From NCBI GenBank assembly GCA_963422395.1, contig OY729431.1:2432001-2496000 (forward strand): a stretch of 64,000 nucleotides of DNA, in the 5' to 3' direction. The position numbers were made by a program, and so were the translations under genes. The notes below the pieces were generated by a model. That model worked only from the letters and a program-made list of their open reading frames with translations, made no database searches and was not told the DNA's origin. This document shows, one piece after another, positions 1 through 10,576 of the stretch. This DNA is from Vicinamibacteria bacterium (GTDB lineage: Bacteria > Acidobacteriota > Vicinamibacteria > Marinacidobacterales > Marinacidobacteraceae). The number at the start of each line of letters is the position of its first letter. Within the stretch, counting starts at the first letter, position 1.

Positions 1-323
1 CCAGGCCGCCCGGCGGCTCCTTCTTCTTCCTCTGCTTCTTCGCCTTTCTCCGGTTCCTCGTCTTCCTCTGAACGCGGTTCTACCGCCTGTTTCCGACCTC
101 CCGGCTCGGTTTCTCCATCGGCCTTCTGATCCGGCTCCAGCGGGGGACTTTCCTCCCCGCCCCCTCTATTCGACTTCGGGGCGACGACGACCGGAGAAGA
201 CGGTGCTACACCGCCACCGGCTAAGCCGACGGGTTTCGGCGAGCGTCTGCGCCCTCTGCGCCGCCAGGTCCGGACCCCCTGGCGGAGCGCCCGGATCGCC
301 CAGCTCAAAAGTCCGAACGCCAT
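1..323 (-). CDS. 5' part of a hypothetical protein with an acidic low-complexity N-terminus (runs off the window start)
   Basis: Open frame from ATG at 323 (MAFGLLSWAIRALRQG...EPRSEEDEEPEKGEEAEEEEG) to the window edge; no family motif visible. Confidence 0.35.
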   Translation of the reverse strand, partial: MAFGLLSWAIRALRQGVRTWRRRGRRRSPKPVGLAGGGVAPSSPVVVAPKSNRGGGEESPPLEPDQKADGETEPGGRKQAVEPRSEEDEEPEKGEEAEEEEGAAGRP

Positions 324-524
324 GGAGATCGGGGGCGGCGAAAACTGGCCACATATCCACCATATCCCCGAGGAGCGACAAAATGAAGCCACCCCGTCCA
401 TTGCCCGAATTCGGAGCCTTTCCCGCTCCGCCGCAGAGCCCACCGAGGCTGCGTAGGCGGGGGCGCCGCTCTCACCCCAGCGAGCGGTCGTGCTGTCCGG
501 CGGGCTTCCCTCTCGTTTCGGCCT

Positions 525-2063
525 TCAGCGGATCTTTTCGGAGTAGTTGACGCCGACGAAGACTCGCACCACCGCGCCTTCTTCATCCACCGCGAAACGC
601 ACCAGCTCGCCGTGGGCGCCGAAGCCGTCGCTCTCGAGCCGGAACTCATGCGGCTCGCCGGTGGGTCTCAGGATGCCCTGCGAGCGGTCCGGGTTTTCGG
701 AGAGCGGGGAGAGGAGGACGAGTTCGTCTTCCAATCGCAGCACGCTGGTGTCTCCCCAGCGGCTCCGGTAGGTCCCCAGATAGATCTCCCATTCCGGTTC
801 GAAGGCGGTGGTCGCTTCCTCGTCGTCGGCCTCTTCTTCGGTGAGGTGCGGGGCGACCCACTCGAACGCCTTTTCGACGAAGCGGCCGGGGTTTCCGTCG
901 CCACCGTTCGTGAAGACGGAGACTCCGACCTTCTCCTCGGGGCTGAGCAGCGTCTGGGTGCGGTAGCCGGGATAGGAACCGCCGTGGCCGATCAGGTCGC
1001 GGTCCTCGGTGTGGCGCACCGAAAAGCCGAGCCCCCAGCCGCTCTCCCAGGAGGGCTGGAGCCAGTGGACCCGCTGCATTTCGAGCAGGGTGTTCGAGGA
1101 CAACACCTCTTCGCTCTCGCGGTCGCGGACCCGCATCTGCCACTTCAGGAAGCGCAGCATGTCGGGCACCGTGGAGGACACCCCGGTCGCCGGATCGAAG
1201 GCGCGGGCGTCCACGAAGGGGTAACGCTCCCGGCTGCCGTCGGGCATTCGCCGCCCGTAGCCGGTGGCGAGGCGGGCGGCTTGGCCCGCCGGAACCGGCC
1301 CCACGCTGGTGGAATCCATGCCCAGCGGCTCCAGGATGCCGGAGTTCACGAGCTCCTCGAACGACGCTCCGCCAGCGGCCTCGGCCGCCATCCCCGCGAG
1401 GGTGAACCCGAGGTTCGAGTACTTCCACTTCGTCTCGGTCGCGTAGGTCGTCTCCTGGTCCGACACCGTGTTCCGCACCGCCTCGGGCTCGGGGAACTCG
1501 AAGTCGGTCCATGCCGGATGGATCGACTCGCGGGGGAGGCCGGCGGTATGGGTCAGCAGGTGCCGCAAGGTCACCGGACGGGCTTCGGCATGGCGGTTTT
1601 CGATGTCGAACCAGGGGAGGTGCCGGGTGATCTCATCGTCGAGCCGGAGCGCGCCGGAATCGCGCAGCCGCATCACCGCGATCGCGGTGAACAGTTTGGA
1701 ATGCGAGGCGATGCGGAAGATCGAGTCCTCGGTCATCGGCGCCTCGGGATCGAGCGAGGCGTGCCCGTACGCCTGCTGCCAGACGACCTCCTGGTCGTGG
1801 ACGATCCCGATCACCAGACCGGGGAGCCCGGAGTACTCGAGCTGCGCCCGGATCCACTCGTCCAGCAGGGTGATCCCCGCCCGGACCTTCGCGTCCCTCG
1901 CTTCCGCAGACGCGCCCGCTGCGGACCCGGCGGCCGGCCATGTAGTTGGCCATGCGGTTGAAGGCGGCGCGGCGAGAGCCAGCGGCACGGCGAACCCGCC
2001 CGTCAGCAGCGCCGCCGCCGCGAACCGATGCAGCGCCGCGATCGTGATCTTCTTCGGTTTCAT
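525..2063 (-). CDS. Serine hydrolase, beta-lactamase class C/AmpC-like family, probably secreted
   Basis: FRIASHSK (SxxK), LLTHTAG, YSN and GHGG motifs; signal-peptide-like N-terminus MKPKKITIAAL; start set at ATG 2063. Confidence 0.88.
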   Translation of the reverse strand: MKPKKITIAALHRFAAAALLTGGFAVPLALAAPPSTAWPTTWPAAGSAAGASAEARDAKVRAGITLLDEWIRAQLEYSGLPGLVIGIVHDQEVVWQQAYGHASLDPEAPMTEDSIFRIASHSKLFTAIAVMRLRDSGALRLDDEITRHLPWFDIENRHAEARPVTLRHLLTHTAGLPRESIHPAWTDFEFPEPEAVRNTVSDQETTYATETKWKYSNLGFTLAGMAAEAAGGASFEELVNSGILEPLGMDSTSVGPVPAGQAARLATGYGRRMPDGSRERYPFVDARAFDPATGVSSTVPDMLRFLKWQMRVRDRESEEVLSSNTLLEMQRVHWLQPSWESGWGLGFSVRHTEDRDLIGHGGSYPGYRTQTLLSPEEKVGVSVFTNGGDGNPGRFVEKAFEWVAPHLTEEEADDEEATTAFEPEWEIYLGTYRSRWGDTSVLRLEDELVLLSPLSENPDRSQGILRPTGEPHEFRLESDGFGAHGELVRFAVDEEGAVVRVFVGVNYSEKIR

Positions 2064-2085
2064 CGCTCCGACCCGAAAAGCCGCC

Positions 2086-3306
2086 TCAGCGGCGGAAGAC
2101 GACCGCCCCATCCACCAGCACCACCGCGGTCCGGGCGTAGGTGCCGATCGGGTGGGAGTCCCAGATCACCACATCGCCGTCGAGGCCGGGGGCGAGGGTT
2201 CCGATCCGGTCCGCCACCCCGAGGATCGCCGCCGCATCGGCGGTGACCGCGGTCAGCGCCGCCTCGCGCGGCAGCCCGTGCGCCCAGGCGATCACCGCCT
2301 CCACCGCCACGGAACGACCGCGGGAGTCGAATGTCGAAAGCGCGATCCGCACCCCGGCCTGGTGGAGGATCCCGGCGGCCGCCGGAGTGTGCCCCGCGAG
2401 TTCCATCGGGCCGCCGTCGCCGATGGCGAGGATCGAGGGCCCCACCACCACCGGAATGCCGGCCTCGGCCAGCCGGCCGGCCAGCGCCGGCGCCCCCGCC
2501 GCCTGGTCCAGCACCAGGCGAAGGTCGAATTCGCCCGCCACCCGCAGCGCGGTCTCGATGTCGTCCGGCTTGTTGGCGAGCATCCGCAGCGGCAACTCTC
2601 CGGCGAGCAGGCGCCCGAGCGTGCGGCCCGCCTCGCCCGAGATGGCGTCCTCGCCGGCGCGCACCAGCGTGTTCCGAAGGTCGAAGATCATCCCCTGACG
2701 GGTGGTGCGCCCGCGGGGGGCCTCGGCGCCCGGCGGAGTGTCCCCGACTGCGGATTCCCCGAAGGAGGCGGCGATCGCGACCTCTTCGGCGAGGACAGCG
2801 GTCTCGGCTGGGCCGAAAAGCTTCACCACCGCGCCGGTCCCGCCGAGCAGGAGCCGCGGGTCGGGGGCCAGATAGACCGCAGTGACCCCGGCGCACAGCC
2901 ACTCCGGAGCCAGACCCTCCCGGAAACGGTCTCCGGCGCGGGCCGCCGGAAGGATCGTCTCACCGGGTTCCCCGGCCAGATTCACGAGCGAACCGCCCGA
3001 TCCCGGCACCGAACCGAGCAGCGTCTGCGCATCGAGGAATCCCGGGGTCACCACCATCCCGGCGGCAGAGATCACTTCGGCGCCCTCGGGAACCTCGATT
3101 CCTCCGCCCACTGCAGTGATCTTCCCGTCCTCGAGGAGCACCGAGGCGTCCGGCAGCACCTCGCCGGTTCCGGTATGGACCTCGCCGCCCACGATCGCGA
3201 CCGACTGCGCCCGGGCGGCCGCCGGGGCCGAAACTGCAACGGCAGCGGCGGCGAGCAGGACGGCGAACGAGCGCTTCCGCAACTCGGAAGCCGGCGAACT
3301 CGGCAT
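2086..3306 (-). CDS. Amidohydrolase-family protein lacking the HxH metal motif
   Basis: VLLEDGKITAVG, TPGFLDAQT and IGTLAPGLDGDVVIWD; ATG at 3306 overlaps the upstream TGA. Confidence 0.8.
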   Translation of the reverse strand: MPSSPASELRKRSFAVLLAAAAVAVSAPAAARAQSVAIVGGEVHTGTGEVLPDASVLLEDGKITAVGGGIEVPEGAEVISAAGMVVTPGFLDAQTLLGSVPGSGGSLVNLAGEPGETILPAARAGDRFREGLAPEWLCAGVTAVYLAPDPRLLLGGTGAVVKLFGPAETAVLAEEVAIAASFGESAVGDTPPGAEAPRGRTTRQGMIFDLRNTLVRAGEDAISGEAGRTLGRLLAGELPLRMLANKPDDIETALRVAGEFDLRLVLDQAAGAPALAGRLAEAGIPVVVGPSILAIGDGGPMELAGHTPAAAGILHQAGVRIALSTFDSRGRSVAVEAVIAWAHGLPREAALTAVTADAAAILGVADRIGTLAPGLDGDVVIWDSHPIGTYARTAVVLVDGAVVFRR

Positions 3307-4637
3307 CACCAGCCCTTCGGCACCCGGTCGCCGAAGATGTTGAATCCGGTATCGCGGTTGAAGACCTCCACTCCGTCCACGAACACCTGCATGACGAGGT
3401 TTTCCCAGGCGAGCGGGTCCTCGCCGCCGAGGATCGCGATGTCGGCGTCCTTGCCCGGTTCGAGGCTGCCGATCCGCTCTTCGAGATGGAAGATGCGGGC
3501 GCCGTTCAGGGTGAGTGCGCGCAGCGCTGCTTCGGGCGGCATGCCGCGCCGCACGAACAGCGCGGCGGTGTGGCGCAGGAAGTACGCATGTCCGTCGGGG
3601 GGATCCTGATGGAAGGCGACCACCCCGCCGAGCTCTGCGAGCCGGACCGGACCGGCGAGATCGGCGCCCTCCGGGCTGTCCTGCGGCAGGACCGGCCCGA
3701 AACTCACGGGAACTCCGAGCCGCGCCATCTCCTCGGCGTGGTCCGTGGTCCGGCCGCCGTGGTGGATGTAGAGGTCGAGATCGAAGCGCCGCTTCAGCTC
3801 GAGGGCGTACTCCATCTGTTCTCGGCTGCTCGAATGGACGCCGACGACCCACTCGCGGGTGAGGAGCTTTCCGAACGCCTCGCGCGCGAGGTCCCGCGGC
3901 GGTCTCGGACTTTGCGGATCGGCATGGTGTACAGCGAGGGCGTCGAGGTATTCGCGGGCGGTTTCTAGTTCGGCGGCGAGAAGTTCGAAGACGCCCTCCT
4001 CGGTGGTCGGGAACCCCGGATAGGGAGTCGTCGCCCGGATCGCGAACTTCATCCCGCCGGGGGCGAGGAACATGTCCTCCACGGTGCCGCCGCGCATCTT
4101 CAAGAGCACCGACTGCCCGCTGTTGGGGCTCCGGCTGCCGGTGGTGATGTTCTGGGAGGTGATCCCGCCGGCGACCGCCAGCGCGAACGCCGGATCTCCC
4201 GAGTCCAGCCCGTCCATCGCCCGCACCTGCGCGTTGATCGGCACCGAGAGTTCGTTGTTGTTCGAGCCGGTGGCGGGCAGGTTCAGCACCTTGAAGCCGG
4301 TGTGGGAGTGGGTCTCGATCAGGCCGGGGATGACGCTCTTCCCGGTCGCGTCCACGACCTGCGCTCCGGCGGGAACGGCGACCGCACCGCCCACCGCCTC
4401 GATCTTCCCGTTCCGGATCAGCACCGTGCCCCCCGGGATCGGATCCGAACTCACCGGATACACGAGCCCGCCGGTGATCGCGATCAGCCCCGACTCGGTG
4501 CCCGCCGGGCCGCAGCCTGCCGCCGCGAGGAGCGAGGCCGCAAACGAAGCGGCACCGAGGAATACGGCGGCCACTCCTCTCTCGGATCCTTCCCCGAGGG
4601 GTTCCCCAAGCACTCTCCGGCTCACTCTCCCCTCCAT
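3306..4637 (-). CDS. Amidohydrolase-family protein (possible lipoprotein)
   Basis: PGLIETHSH (HxH) and IGSLEPGKDADIAI; LAAAGC lipobox-like segment; start uncertain. Confidence 0.85.
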   Translation of the reverse strand: MEGRVSRRVLGEPLGEGSERGVAAVFLGAASFAASLLAAAGCGPAGTESGLIAITGGLVYPVSSDPIPGGTVLIRNGKIEAVGGAVAVPAGAQVVDATGKSVIPGLIETHSHTGFKVLNLPATGSNNNELSVPINAQVRAMDGLDSGDPAFALAVAGGITSQNITTGSRSPNSGQSVLLKMRGGTVEDMFLAPGGMKFAIRATTPYPGFPTTEEGVFELLAAELETAREYLDALAVHHADPQSPRPPRDLAREAFGKLLTREWVVGVHSSSREQMEYALELKRRFDLDLYIHHGGRTTDHAEEMARLGVPVSFGPVLPQDSPEGADLAGPVRLAELGGVVAFHQDPPDGHAYFLRHTAALFVRRGMPPEAALRALTLNGARIFHLEERIGSLEPGKDADIAILGGEDPLAWENLVMQVFVDGVEVFNRDTGFNIFGDRVPKGW

Positions 4638-4751
4638 ACCGCCCGGAAACCGACTATAGCAGCCTGCTGGCAAGAGTGCCCCGATCGCCATCCCGCCCTC
4701 GCAAGGCTCGGGGCCCCGCCGCTTCCGAACCCCGGCGATAGAATTCCGGGC

Positions 4752-5816
4752 ATGCGTGAGGTGGGAGGCACGGGAACCGCAGTGCTGGAGCAGCTCCGAA
4801 CCGGTGCGAAACGAGCCGACGCGAAACCGGTCGGTGCGCCTCGGCACAGCGAGAGTTGGACTCCGGTGTCCGCCCTGGAGTTCGTGGGCTATGAGTCCTG
4901 CCGGATGACGCTCGCGGAGTACGAGAACTACCCCGAAGACCCCGAAGACGGGCGCAAGATCGAGTTCTTCGATTCGGCGGCAGGCCTCGCCTGGATGGTC
5001 GAGGATTCGCCGAATCTCCCGCACGAGGACCCGGTCCGCAGGCTGGTGGCGCTCGTGCAGGAGATCGCCATCACCCGCGGATCGCCGATTCGGTGCCGCG
5101 GCGCGGGGTCGCTGCAGCTGCGGGACGCCGATTCACGGCGGATGCGGGCCCTCCACCCGGACGAGATGGTCTTCTTGCATCCGGAACGCTCCCATACCGC
5201 CGACCCGGAGTTCCTGGCGGCGGGGAAAGATTCCTACCCGGAGGTGGTGCTGGAGGTGGACCACACCTGCGACATCCGCCGCGGCAAGCTGAAGCTCTAT
5301 GAGGAGTGGGGCTTTCCGGAGTTGTGGGTCGAGGTTCCGAACGTGTATTCACGGAGCCGGCCGCGGCGGCTGCAAGCGGAGCTCAGGATCTACCTGCTGG
5401 AGGGGGAGCGGTACGCGATGGCGGCGGAGAGCCGGGCGTTTCCGGGCTGGCGGGCGGAGGAGATCCACCGGGCGCTGAACGAGGTGGTGATCTCGGAGGA
5501 GACTTCGGCGGTGCTTTCGCGGGTGGGGCGCGCCCTCGGAGAGCGCGAGGGAACCGGGCCGGAAGATCACCCGCTGCTCGCTTCCCTCGGCCGCCGGAGA
5601 CAGGCGGCGGGACGCGAAGCGGGACGAGTCGAGGGACGGATCGAGGGGCGGGCCGGGATGGTGCGCGCGATCCTGGCGTCGCGGGGCATCGAGATAGCCG
5701 CGGATTTTCCGCCCGCGGGCTACCGGGCCGCCCTTTCGGCGGCTTCGGACGCGGCCACGCTTTCGGCAGCCGCTTCGGCGTCTAGCGAAGCCGATTTCCT
5801 GAATCGGCTCGGATAA
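4752..5816 (+). CDS. Uma2 (DUF820) family putative PD-(D/E)xK endonuclease
   Basis: KIEFFD, HPDEMVF, PEVVLEVDHT and KLKLYEEWGFPELW; C-terminal GREAGRVEGRIEG tail; start could be 4752 or 4906. Confidence 0.75.
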   Translation: MREVGGTGTAVLEQLRTGAKRADAKPVGAPRHSESWTPVSALEFVGYESCRMTLAEYENYPEDPEDGRKIEFFDSAAGLAWMVEDSPNLPHEDPVRRLVALVQEIAITRGSPIRCRGAGSLQLRDADSRRMRALHPDEMVFLHPERSHTADPEFLAAGKDSYPEVVLEVDHTCDIRRGKLKLYEEWGFPELWVEVPNVYSRSRPRRLQAELRIYLLEGERYAMAAESRAFPGWRAEEIHRALNEVVISEETSAVLSRVGRALGEREGTGPEDHPLLASLGRRRQAAGREAGRVEGRIEGRAGMVRAILASRGIEIAADFPPAGYRAALSAASDAATLSAAASASSEADFLNRLG

Positions 5817-5999
5817 CAGGACGAGGTTTCCGGCACCCGATCCAACCTCCCGAAAACGCCGGTCTCCCCAAACGACAGTCGGCCGGCGAATGTCGCGCCG
5901 ACAGGTATTCGACCGAAGATCCGCGGCGCGCCTGCGAAGTCAGCGCGTGAGCGTCATTCCGACCAGGCACTCGTTAGCAGCCTGTGGACAAAGTCACAG

Positions 6000-6353
6000 C
6001 TAGCCGAGAGGTCGGCGGTCGCCGCCAGCTACGGAGCCGGCGAGGTCATTCGCACACCGGCCCACTTGGTGTTGTCGAAAGCCCGGAACATGAGCGGTCA
6101 TCAACGCTCTGAACAGCTTGCCGTGGTTGGGCACCCGCAGGTGGAGCAATTCGTGAACGATGACGAAGTCCTGAAAGTCCGGTTCGCGATCGGCGAGGTC
6201 GCCGGCCAGAGTCACGGTCCCGGAAGTCGAGCACGAGCCCCACTTCCGCACCATGCGCTGAACCCGCACGAGCCGCGGTCGGACCCGCAGCCGCCGCGAC
6301 CAGATTTCGACGCGGCGCCGCAGCGCCTCGCGCCGCTCGTCAGCCGCCTCCAT
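6000..6353 (-). CDS. YgjP/DUF45-like M48 metallopeptidase associated with type I R-M
   Basis: RKWGSCS and [19 protein letters not shown] (HExxH); overlaps the hsdR stop. Confidence 0.85.
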   Translation of the reverse strand: MEAADERREALRRRVEIWSRRLRVRPRLVRVQRMVRKWGSCSTSGTVTLAGDLADREPDFQDFVIVHELLHLRVPNHGKLFRALMTAHVPGFRQHQVGRCANDLAGSVAGGDRRPLG

Positions 6354-9294
6354 CGCTCTTCGCGGCCAGCAGAATGGAGAGGATGCGCTTCACGACCGGT
6401 GCTCGTTCCTTCCCTCCGAGTCGCAGCAGCGGCCGATAGAGGGCGGCGCGGAGCCGCCGCTCCTCTTCGGGATTGTCCGCCGCGCCCGGGAAGCGGGCCA
6501 GCAGCGCCTCCGCCTCCCGCGCCAGCTCCGCCGCCTGGATATCGGCGGCGCGAAGACCCGGATCGTCCTTCAGCGTCCACGAGATCCCGAACGCCCGCGG
6601 CGAGAGTTCGCTTTTCTCCAGGGCCTCGATAGCCGCCGCCTTTTCCCGGGCGAGGTCGGCCAACCGGTCGAGTGCGGCCAGCGCGGAGGTCGTGCGCTCC
6701 TCCAGGTCCTGCAGGATCCGTTCGGCGCGCTTTTTCAGAGGCAGCAGTATCACCTGCGCTTCCGGCTGCTCCTCGATTTCCTTCCGTAATCCGCGCACGA
6801 GATCGAAAACCTTGCTCTCGTCCGATCTGGACTGCCCGCGAAGTGCTTCTAGCGTCTCGAGGTCGAAGTCCACGCTCCGCACACCGAACCCCAACCCCTC
6901 CTGGACCCCGCTTTCCTGCACCAGCGCCGTCGTCTTGGCGCCCAGCTCCGCTGGGTAGTCGAAGCGGCGCGCGTAGGCGTTTTGCACAGTGGCGTAGAGG
7001 CGGGAAAGCCTCCGGTAGGTTGCGATCGAGTCCCGCAGCGCCGCCGACGGCGACAGGATCTCCCAGAGATCGCTGATCTCCCGATAGGCGGCGAAGAACT
7101 CGCGTCGCCGCACCGGGTCCAGAAAACACCCGTACACGACCTTCTCGAGGCGCTCGTCCTCCCCGCCGGCGCTTTCGTCCTCGAGCCAGTCGGCCTTCGC
7201 CCGGGCGATCTTCCCGTGAAAGTCCTGCATCAGCAGATCGAGGTCTTCGATCACGCCGCTGATGTCGGAAGAATCGAACCGCAAGGCCTTTTTCAACTCT
7301 CGTAGGACGCCGATGAAATCGACGACGAGGCCGAACCGCTTGCGGGCGCCGCCTTCGATCGCATGAGGGCGGTTCACCCGCGCGATCGCCTGCAAGAGCA
7401 CATGATCGCGCATCGGCTTGTCGAGATACAGGCAGTAGAGAAGCGGTGCGTCGAAACCGGTGAGCAGCTTGTCGGTGACGATGAGGATCTTCGGGTTTTC
7501 GTTCGCCTTCCGGAATCTCAGGCGGGTGTCCGCCTCCTGCTCCGGAGAGAGCTGGAGCTCGGCGACGAGCGGGCGGTCCACGATGTCGCCGGAACTCGCG
7601 GTATAGACCGGAGCGGTCCATGCCGACGGCAGAAGACGGTCGAGTGCGCGCTTGTACCGGGCGCAGGCTTCCCGATTCACTCCGACGAGGAACGCCTTGT
7701 AATCGAGCGGCGCCACATTCTCGAGGAAATGCCGGGCGACGAACGCCGCCACTCTCCCGATGCGGTCGTCGGCGGTCAGGAACGAGCGCAGGCCGACCGC
7801 CCGATCCAGCACCCGGTTGAGCTCCTCGATGTCGGTTATGCCCTCCTCCTCGGCCAGTTCGAAGAATTCCCGGTCGAGCCGCTCCAGCGGAACGGTCATT
7901 TCGCTCGGCGCCATGGTGTGGCGGATCGGCAGCGTGGTCTCGTCGGCGATGGACTCGGCGATGGTGTACTTGTCGAGATACCCCTGCTCATCGTCGGCGC
8001 CGAAGATCTTGAAGGTGCCCGTCCCGTGCGCGGTCCGGTCGATCGGGGTGCCGGTGAAACCGATGATCGTGGCGTTCGGGATCGCCGCCATCAGATAGCT
8101 GCCCATATCTCCGGCGACCGAGCGGTGCGCCTCGTCGAGGAACACGAAGATGTTGCGGCGGAGGTTGGCGTCCTTCTCGATCCCCTCGAACTTGTGGATC
8201 ATCGAGAGGATCAGTCCGCGTCTGTCGGTGTGGAGCAGATCCCGAAGCTCGGCCTTCGATTCCGCCTGCCCGACCGGAATGTCCTGCTGCTGCATTTCGC
8301 CGAGAAGCCGTTCGACCCAGCCCGCCAGCTGCCCCTCGAGTTCCCTCCGGTCCACCACGACGATCACGGTGGGGTTTCCGAAGCGGTTCGCGCCGTCCTG
8401 CACGATCAGGCGGGCGGCGGTCAGCAGCGTGAATGTCTTGCCGGAACCCTGGGTGTGCCAGATGAGTCCGCGCCGTTTCGCTGGCTCGGCACAGCGCTCG
8501 ACGATGCGCTCGGCGGCGCGGCGTTGGTGCTGGCGCAATATCGACTTCCGGGTCTCGCCGTCCTCGATGTAGAAGAGGATCCAGTCCCGGAGCGTGCGCA
8601 GGAAATCGGTCGGTTCGAAAAACGACTGGACGGCGAACCGGTAGCTGTCTTCCCGCGGCTCCTTCCAGCGCGCCGCGAAGCGGCGCGTGGCGTTCCAGGT
8701 CACGCCGTACCGGGTTTCGAGGAGATCGGTGACATTGAAGAGCTGCGCTGCGCCCATCAGCTCGGGCGTCTCGATCTCATAGCGCCGCAGCTGCCTGATT
8801 CCCCGCCCGACGGCGTCGGGATCGGCCGGATTCTTGTGCTCGACGATGGCGGCCGGCACGCCGTTGACGACGAACATCACATCGGCGCGGTTTCCCTTCC
8901 TGGCCGGAGGCTCGATCCTCCACTCCCAGGTGACATGGAGGGCGTTCGCTCCCGGCGTCTCGAAGTCGACCAGCCGGACATGCCGACTGCGTTCTTCGGC
9001 CTCGTCGTACCACTGCCGCTCGCCCCGCAGCCAGGTGAGCATTTCCCGGTTTCCCTCGATGGTCGGCGGAATGGCTTCCAGCTTCTCGACGACCGAGCGG
9101 ACCGAATCGTCCATCATCCAGGGGTTGAAACGATGGAGCGCTCCCTCGACCTCATCGCGAAACAGCATCCGGTCCACACCGCCCCGCTTCCCGATCGCGG
9201 CCTTCGGCGCGAGCGGCGCCCAGCCGATCTCCGCCGCATGGCGGACCATCGGAAACTGCACCGAACCCGCCTCGCTGATCCGGAGATCGCTCAC
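6340..9294 (-). CDS. hsdR: Type I restriction enzyme R subunit
   Basis: [10 protein letters not shown]...IVEHK nuclease motif; [28 protein letters not shown] and QAIARVNR helicase motifs; GTG start at 9294. Confidence 0.93.
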   Translation of the reverse strand: MSDLRISEAGSVQFPMVRHAAEIGWAPLAPKAAIGKRGGVDRMLFRDEVEGALHRFNPWMMDDSVRSVVEKLEAIPPTIEGNREMLTWLRGERQWYDEAEERSRHVRLVDFETPGANALHVTWEWRIEPPARKGNRADVMFVVNGVPAAIVEHKNPADPDAVGRGIRQLRRYEIETPELMGAAQLFNVTDLLETRYGVTWNATRRFAARWKEPREDSYRFAVQSFFEPTDFLRTLRDWILFYIEDGETRKSILRQHQRRAAERIVERCAEPAKRRGLIWHTQGSGKTFTLLTAARLIVQDGANRFGNPTVIVVVDRRELEGQLAGWVERLLGEMQQQDIPVGQAESKAELRDLLHTDRRGLILSMIHKFEGIEKDANLRRNIFVFLDEAHRSVAGDMGSYLMAAIPNATIIGFTGTPIDRTAHGTGTFKIFGADDEQGYLDKYTIAESIADETTLPIRHTMAPSEMTVPLERLDREFFELAEEEGITDIEELNRVLDRAVGLRSFLTADDRIGRVAAFVARHFLENVAPLDYKAFLVGVNREACARYKRALDRLLPSAWTAPVYTASSGDIVDRPLVAELQLSPEQEADTRLRFRKANENPKILIVTDKLLTGFDAPLLYCLYLDKPMRDHVLLQAIARVNRPHAIEGGARKRFGLVVDFIGVLRELKKALRFDSSDISGVIEDLDLLMQDFHGKIARAKADWLEDESAGGEDERLEKVVYGCFLDPVRRREFFAAYREISDLWEILSPSAALRDSIATYRRLSRLYATVQNAYARRFDYPAELGAKTTALVQESGVQEGLGFGVRSVDFDLETLEALRGQSRSDESKVFDLVRGLRKEIEEQPEAQVILLPLKKRAERILQDLEERTTSALAALDRLADLAREKAAAIEALEKSELSPRAFGISWTLKDDPGLRAADIQAAELAREAEALLARFPGAADNPEEERRLRAALYRPLLRLGGKERAPVVKRILSILLAAKSDGGG

Positions 9295-9313
9295 GACCGG
9301 ACCTTCCGCTGGG

Positions 9314-10090
9314 TCACCCCGAAAGGCTCTCGCCCAGAAATCGGATGATGCGGTCACGGTTCGCGGGCAAACTGGAGAACTGCTTATCGGACACATCACT
9401 GAAGCGCGCCAACACTTTTCGATTGATCGCCTCCTGATCTTCGAAGATCGCCACGGACCGGAAAGAGACTCCCCATCTCTCGAACTGATGCAGCGCGATC
9501 GTGGCATCGCGGGTTCTGTCGTCGTTGGGGAGGGCATGCACGAAAAGTGGCCTCGAAGCGCCGTTGATTCGGCAATCTACGGAGTACTTTCCCTCTGGAT
9601 CGCGTTCGGCATCGTTCCAGTCGAAACGCCGTCGCTCTTCCGGCGCGACCTCGCTCAACAAATTCCGAAAGTCCTCCAGGAATGTCGACCGGACCTGCTC
9701 GCGCGACAGATAAGACACATCCGCAATCCTGAGCAGGGCCTGGATGAAGGAATACAGCGCATCACCGTAGCGTCCGTCCGGAATGCCCAGAACCAATTCT
9801 CCATCCCGGTCCTCGATCTGAAATGTGGACAGCGCATTGGAGATGATCGTCTGACGCGTTCCCCGGTGCAGATCTCTCTCGGCGATGTCGTAGGTGAGGT
9901 GCATGTAGGTGTGCGCCTCGTCGGAGAGCACCCACCCCGCTCCCTCCCGTCTCAGAACGATATCCAGATGATCGCCGTCGTCGAACAGGAACGGAGTGAA
10001 CACCCGAAAGCGGTCGACCCCCTCGGGCTCGATCCGCACCTTGGCCGACACCTTGCAGTGGAAATCCCGCACCATGGTTTCGATGGACAT
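9314..10090 (-). CDS. DUF1828(/DUF1829)-like domain protein
   Basis: [16 protein letters not shown]...WVLSDE N-terminal pattern typical of DUF1828; YSVDCRING in the second half. Confidence 0.7.
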   Translation of the reverse strand: MSIETMVRDFHCKVSAKVRIEPEGVDRFRVFTPFLFDDGDHLDIVLRREGAGWVLSDEAHTYMHLTYDIAERDLHRGTRQTIISNALSTFQIEDRDGELVLGIPDGRYGDALYSFIQALLRIADVSYLSREQVRSTFLEDFRNLLSEVAPEERRRFDWNDAERDPEGKYSVDCRINGASRPLFVHALPNDDRTRDATIALHQFERWGVSFRSVAIFEDQEAINRKVLARFSDVSDKQFSSLPANRDRIIRFLGESLSG

Positions 10091-10573
10091 CTACTTCCTC
10101 CCGAAGAGACCGTGCGGCAACTCCTGCGGCGCCGTAAAGCCGGCGTCGGCGAACAGACAGCGCAGGGCCTCGAAAACTGTGGCGTAACGATCGGTGGTCT
10201 CGGCGTAGGAATCCTCTCTTGCGCCGAGATCCTGATAGCGTTCCGTCGCGCAGTGGATGTGGAAGTCGTAGAAGGTGTTGCCCTCGATGGGATTCGTGTG
10301 TTCATGGCTTCTGCCGTTGTAGCGGCGGAGCCGAAAAACCTGCGTCGATTGCGGAACGAGTACAGCGAGGATGACGGAGAAATCCATGGAATCGATCCTG
10401 TTCTTTCGGAGAATCACCCGGAACTCGCTCCCGTGCATCCCGACGATATCCAACTGTTGCTCTTCGTGCCCCCGCTTCGGCTTCATCTGCACGCGGCGGC
10501 GCCAGTCCGCAGGCAGCTCCTTGGGCTCCTGTAGCAACCCCTCGATGTCACAGTCGGTGTAGGTCACAGCCAT
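10091..10573 (-). CDS. Hypothetical protein, DUF6978-like partner of DUF1828
   Basis: LRRYNGRSHEHTNP...FHIH histidine-rich motif; abuts the DUF1828 gene with no gap. Confidence 0.6.
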   Translation of the reverse strand: MAVTYTDCDIEGLLQEPKELPADWRRRVQMKPKRGHEEQQLDIVGMHGSEFRVILRKNRIDSMDFSVILAVLVPQSTQVFRLRRYNGRSHEHTNPIEGNTFYDFHIHCATERYQDLGAREDSYAETTDRYATVFEALRCLFADAGFTAPQELPHGLFGRK

Positions 10574-10576
10574 CGG

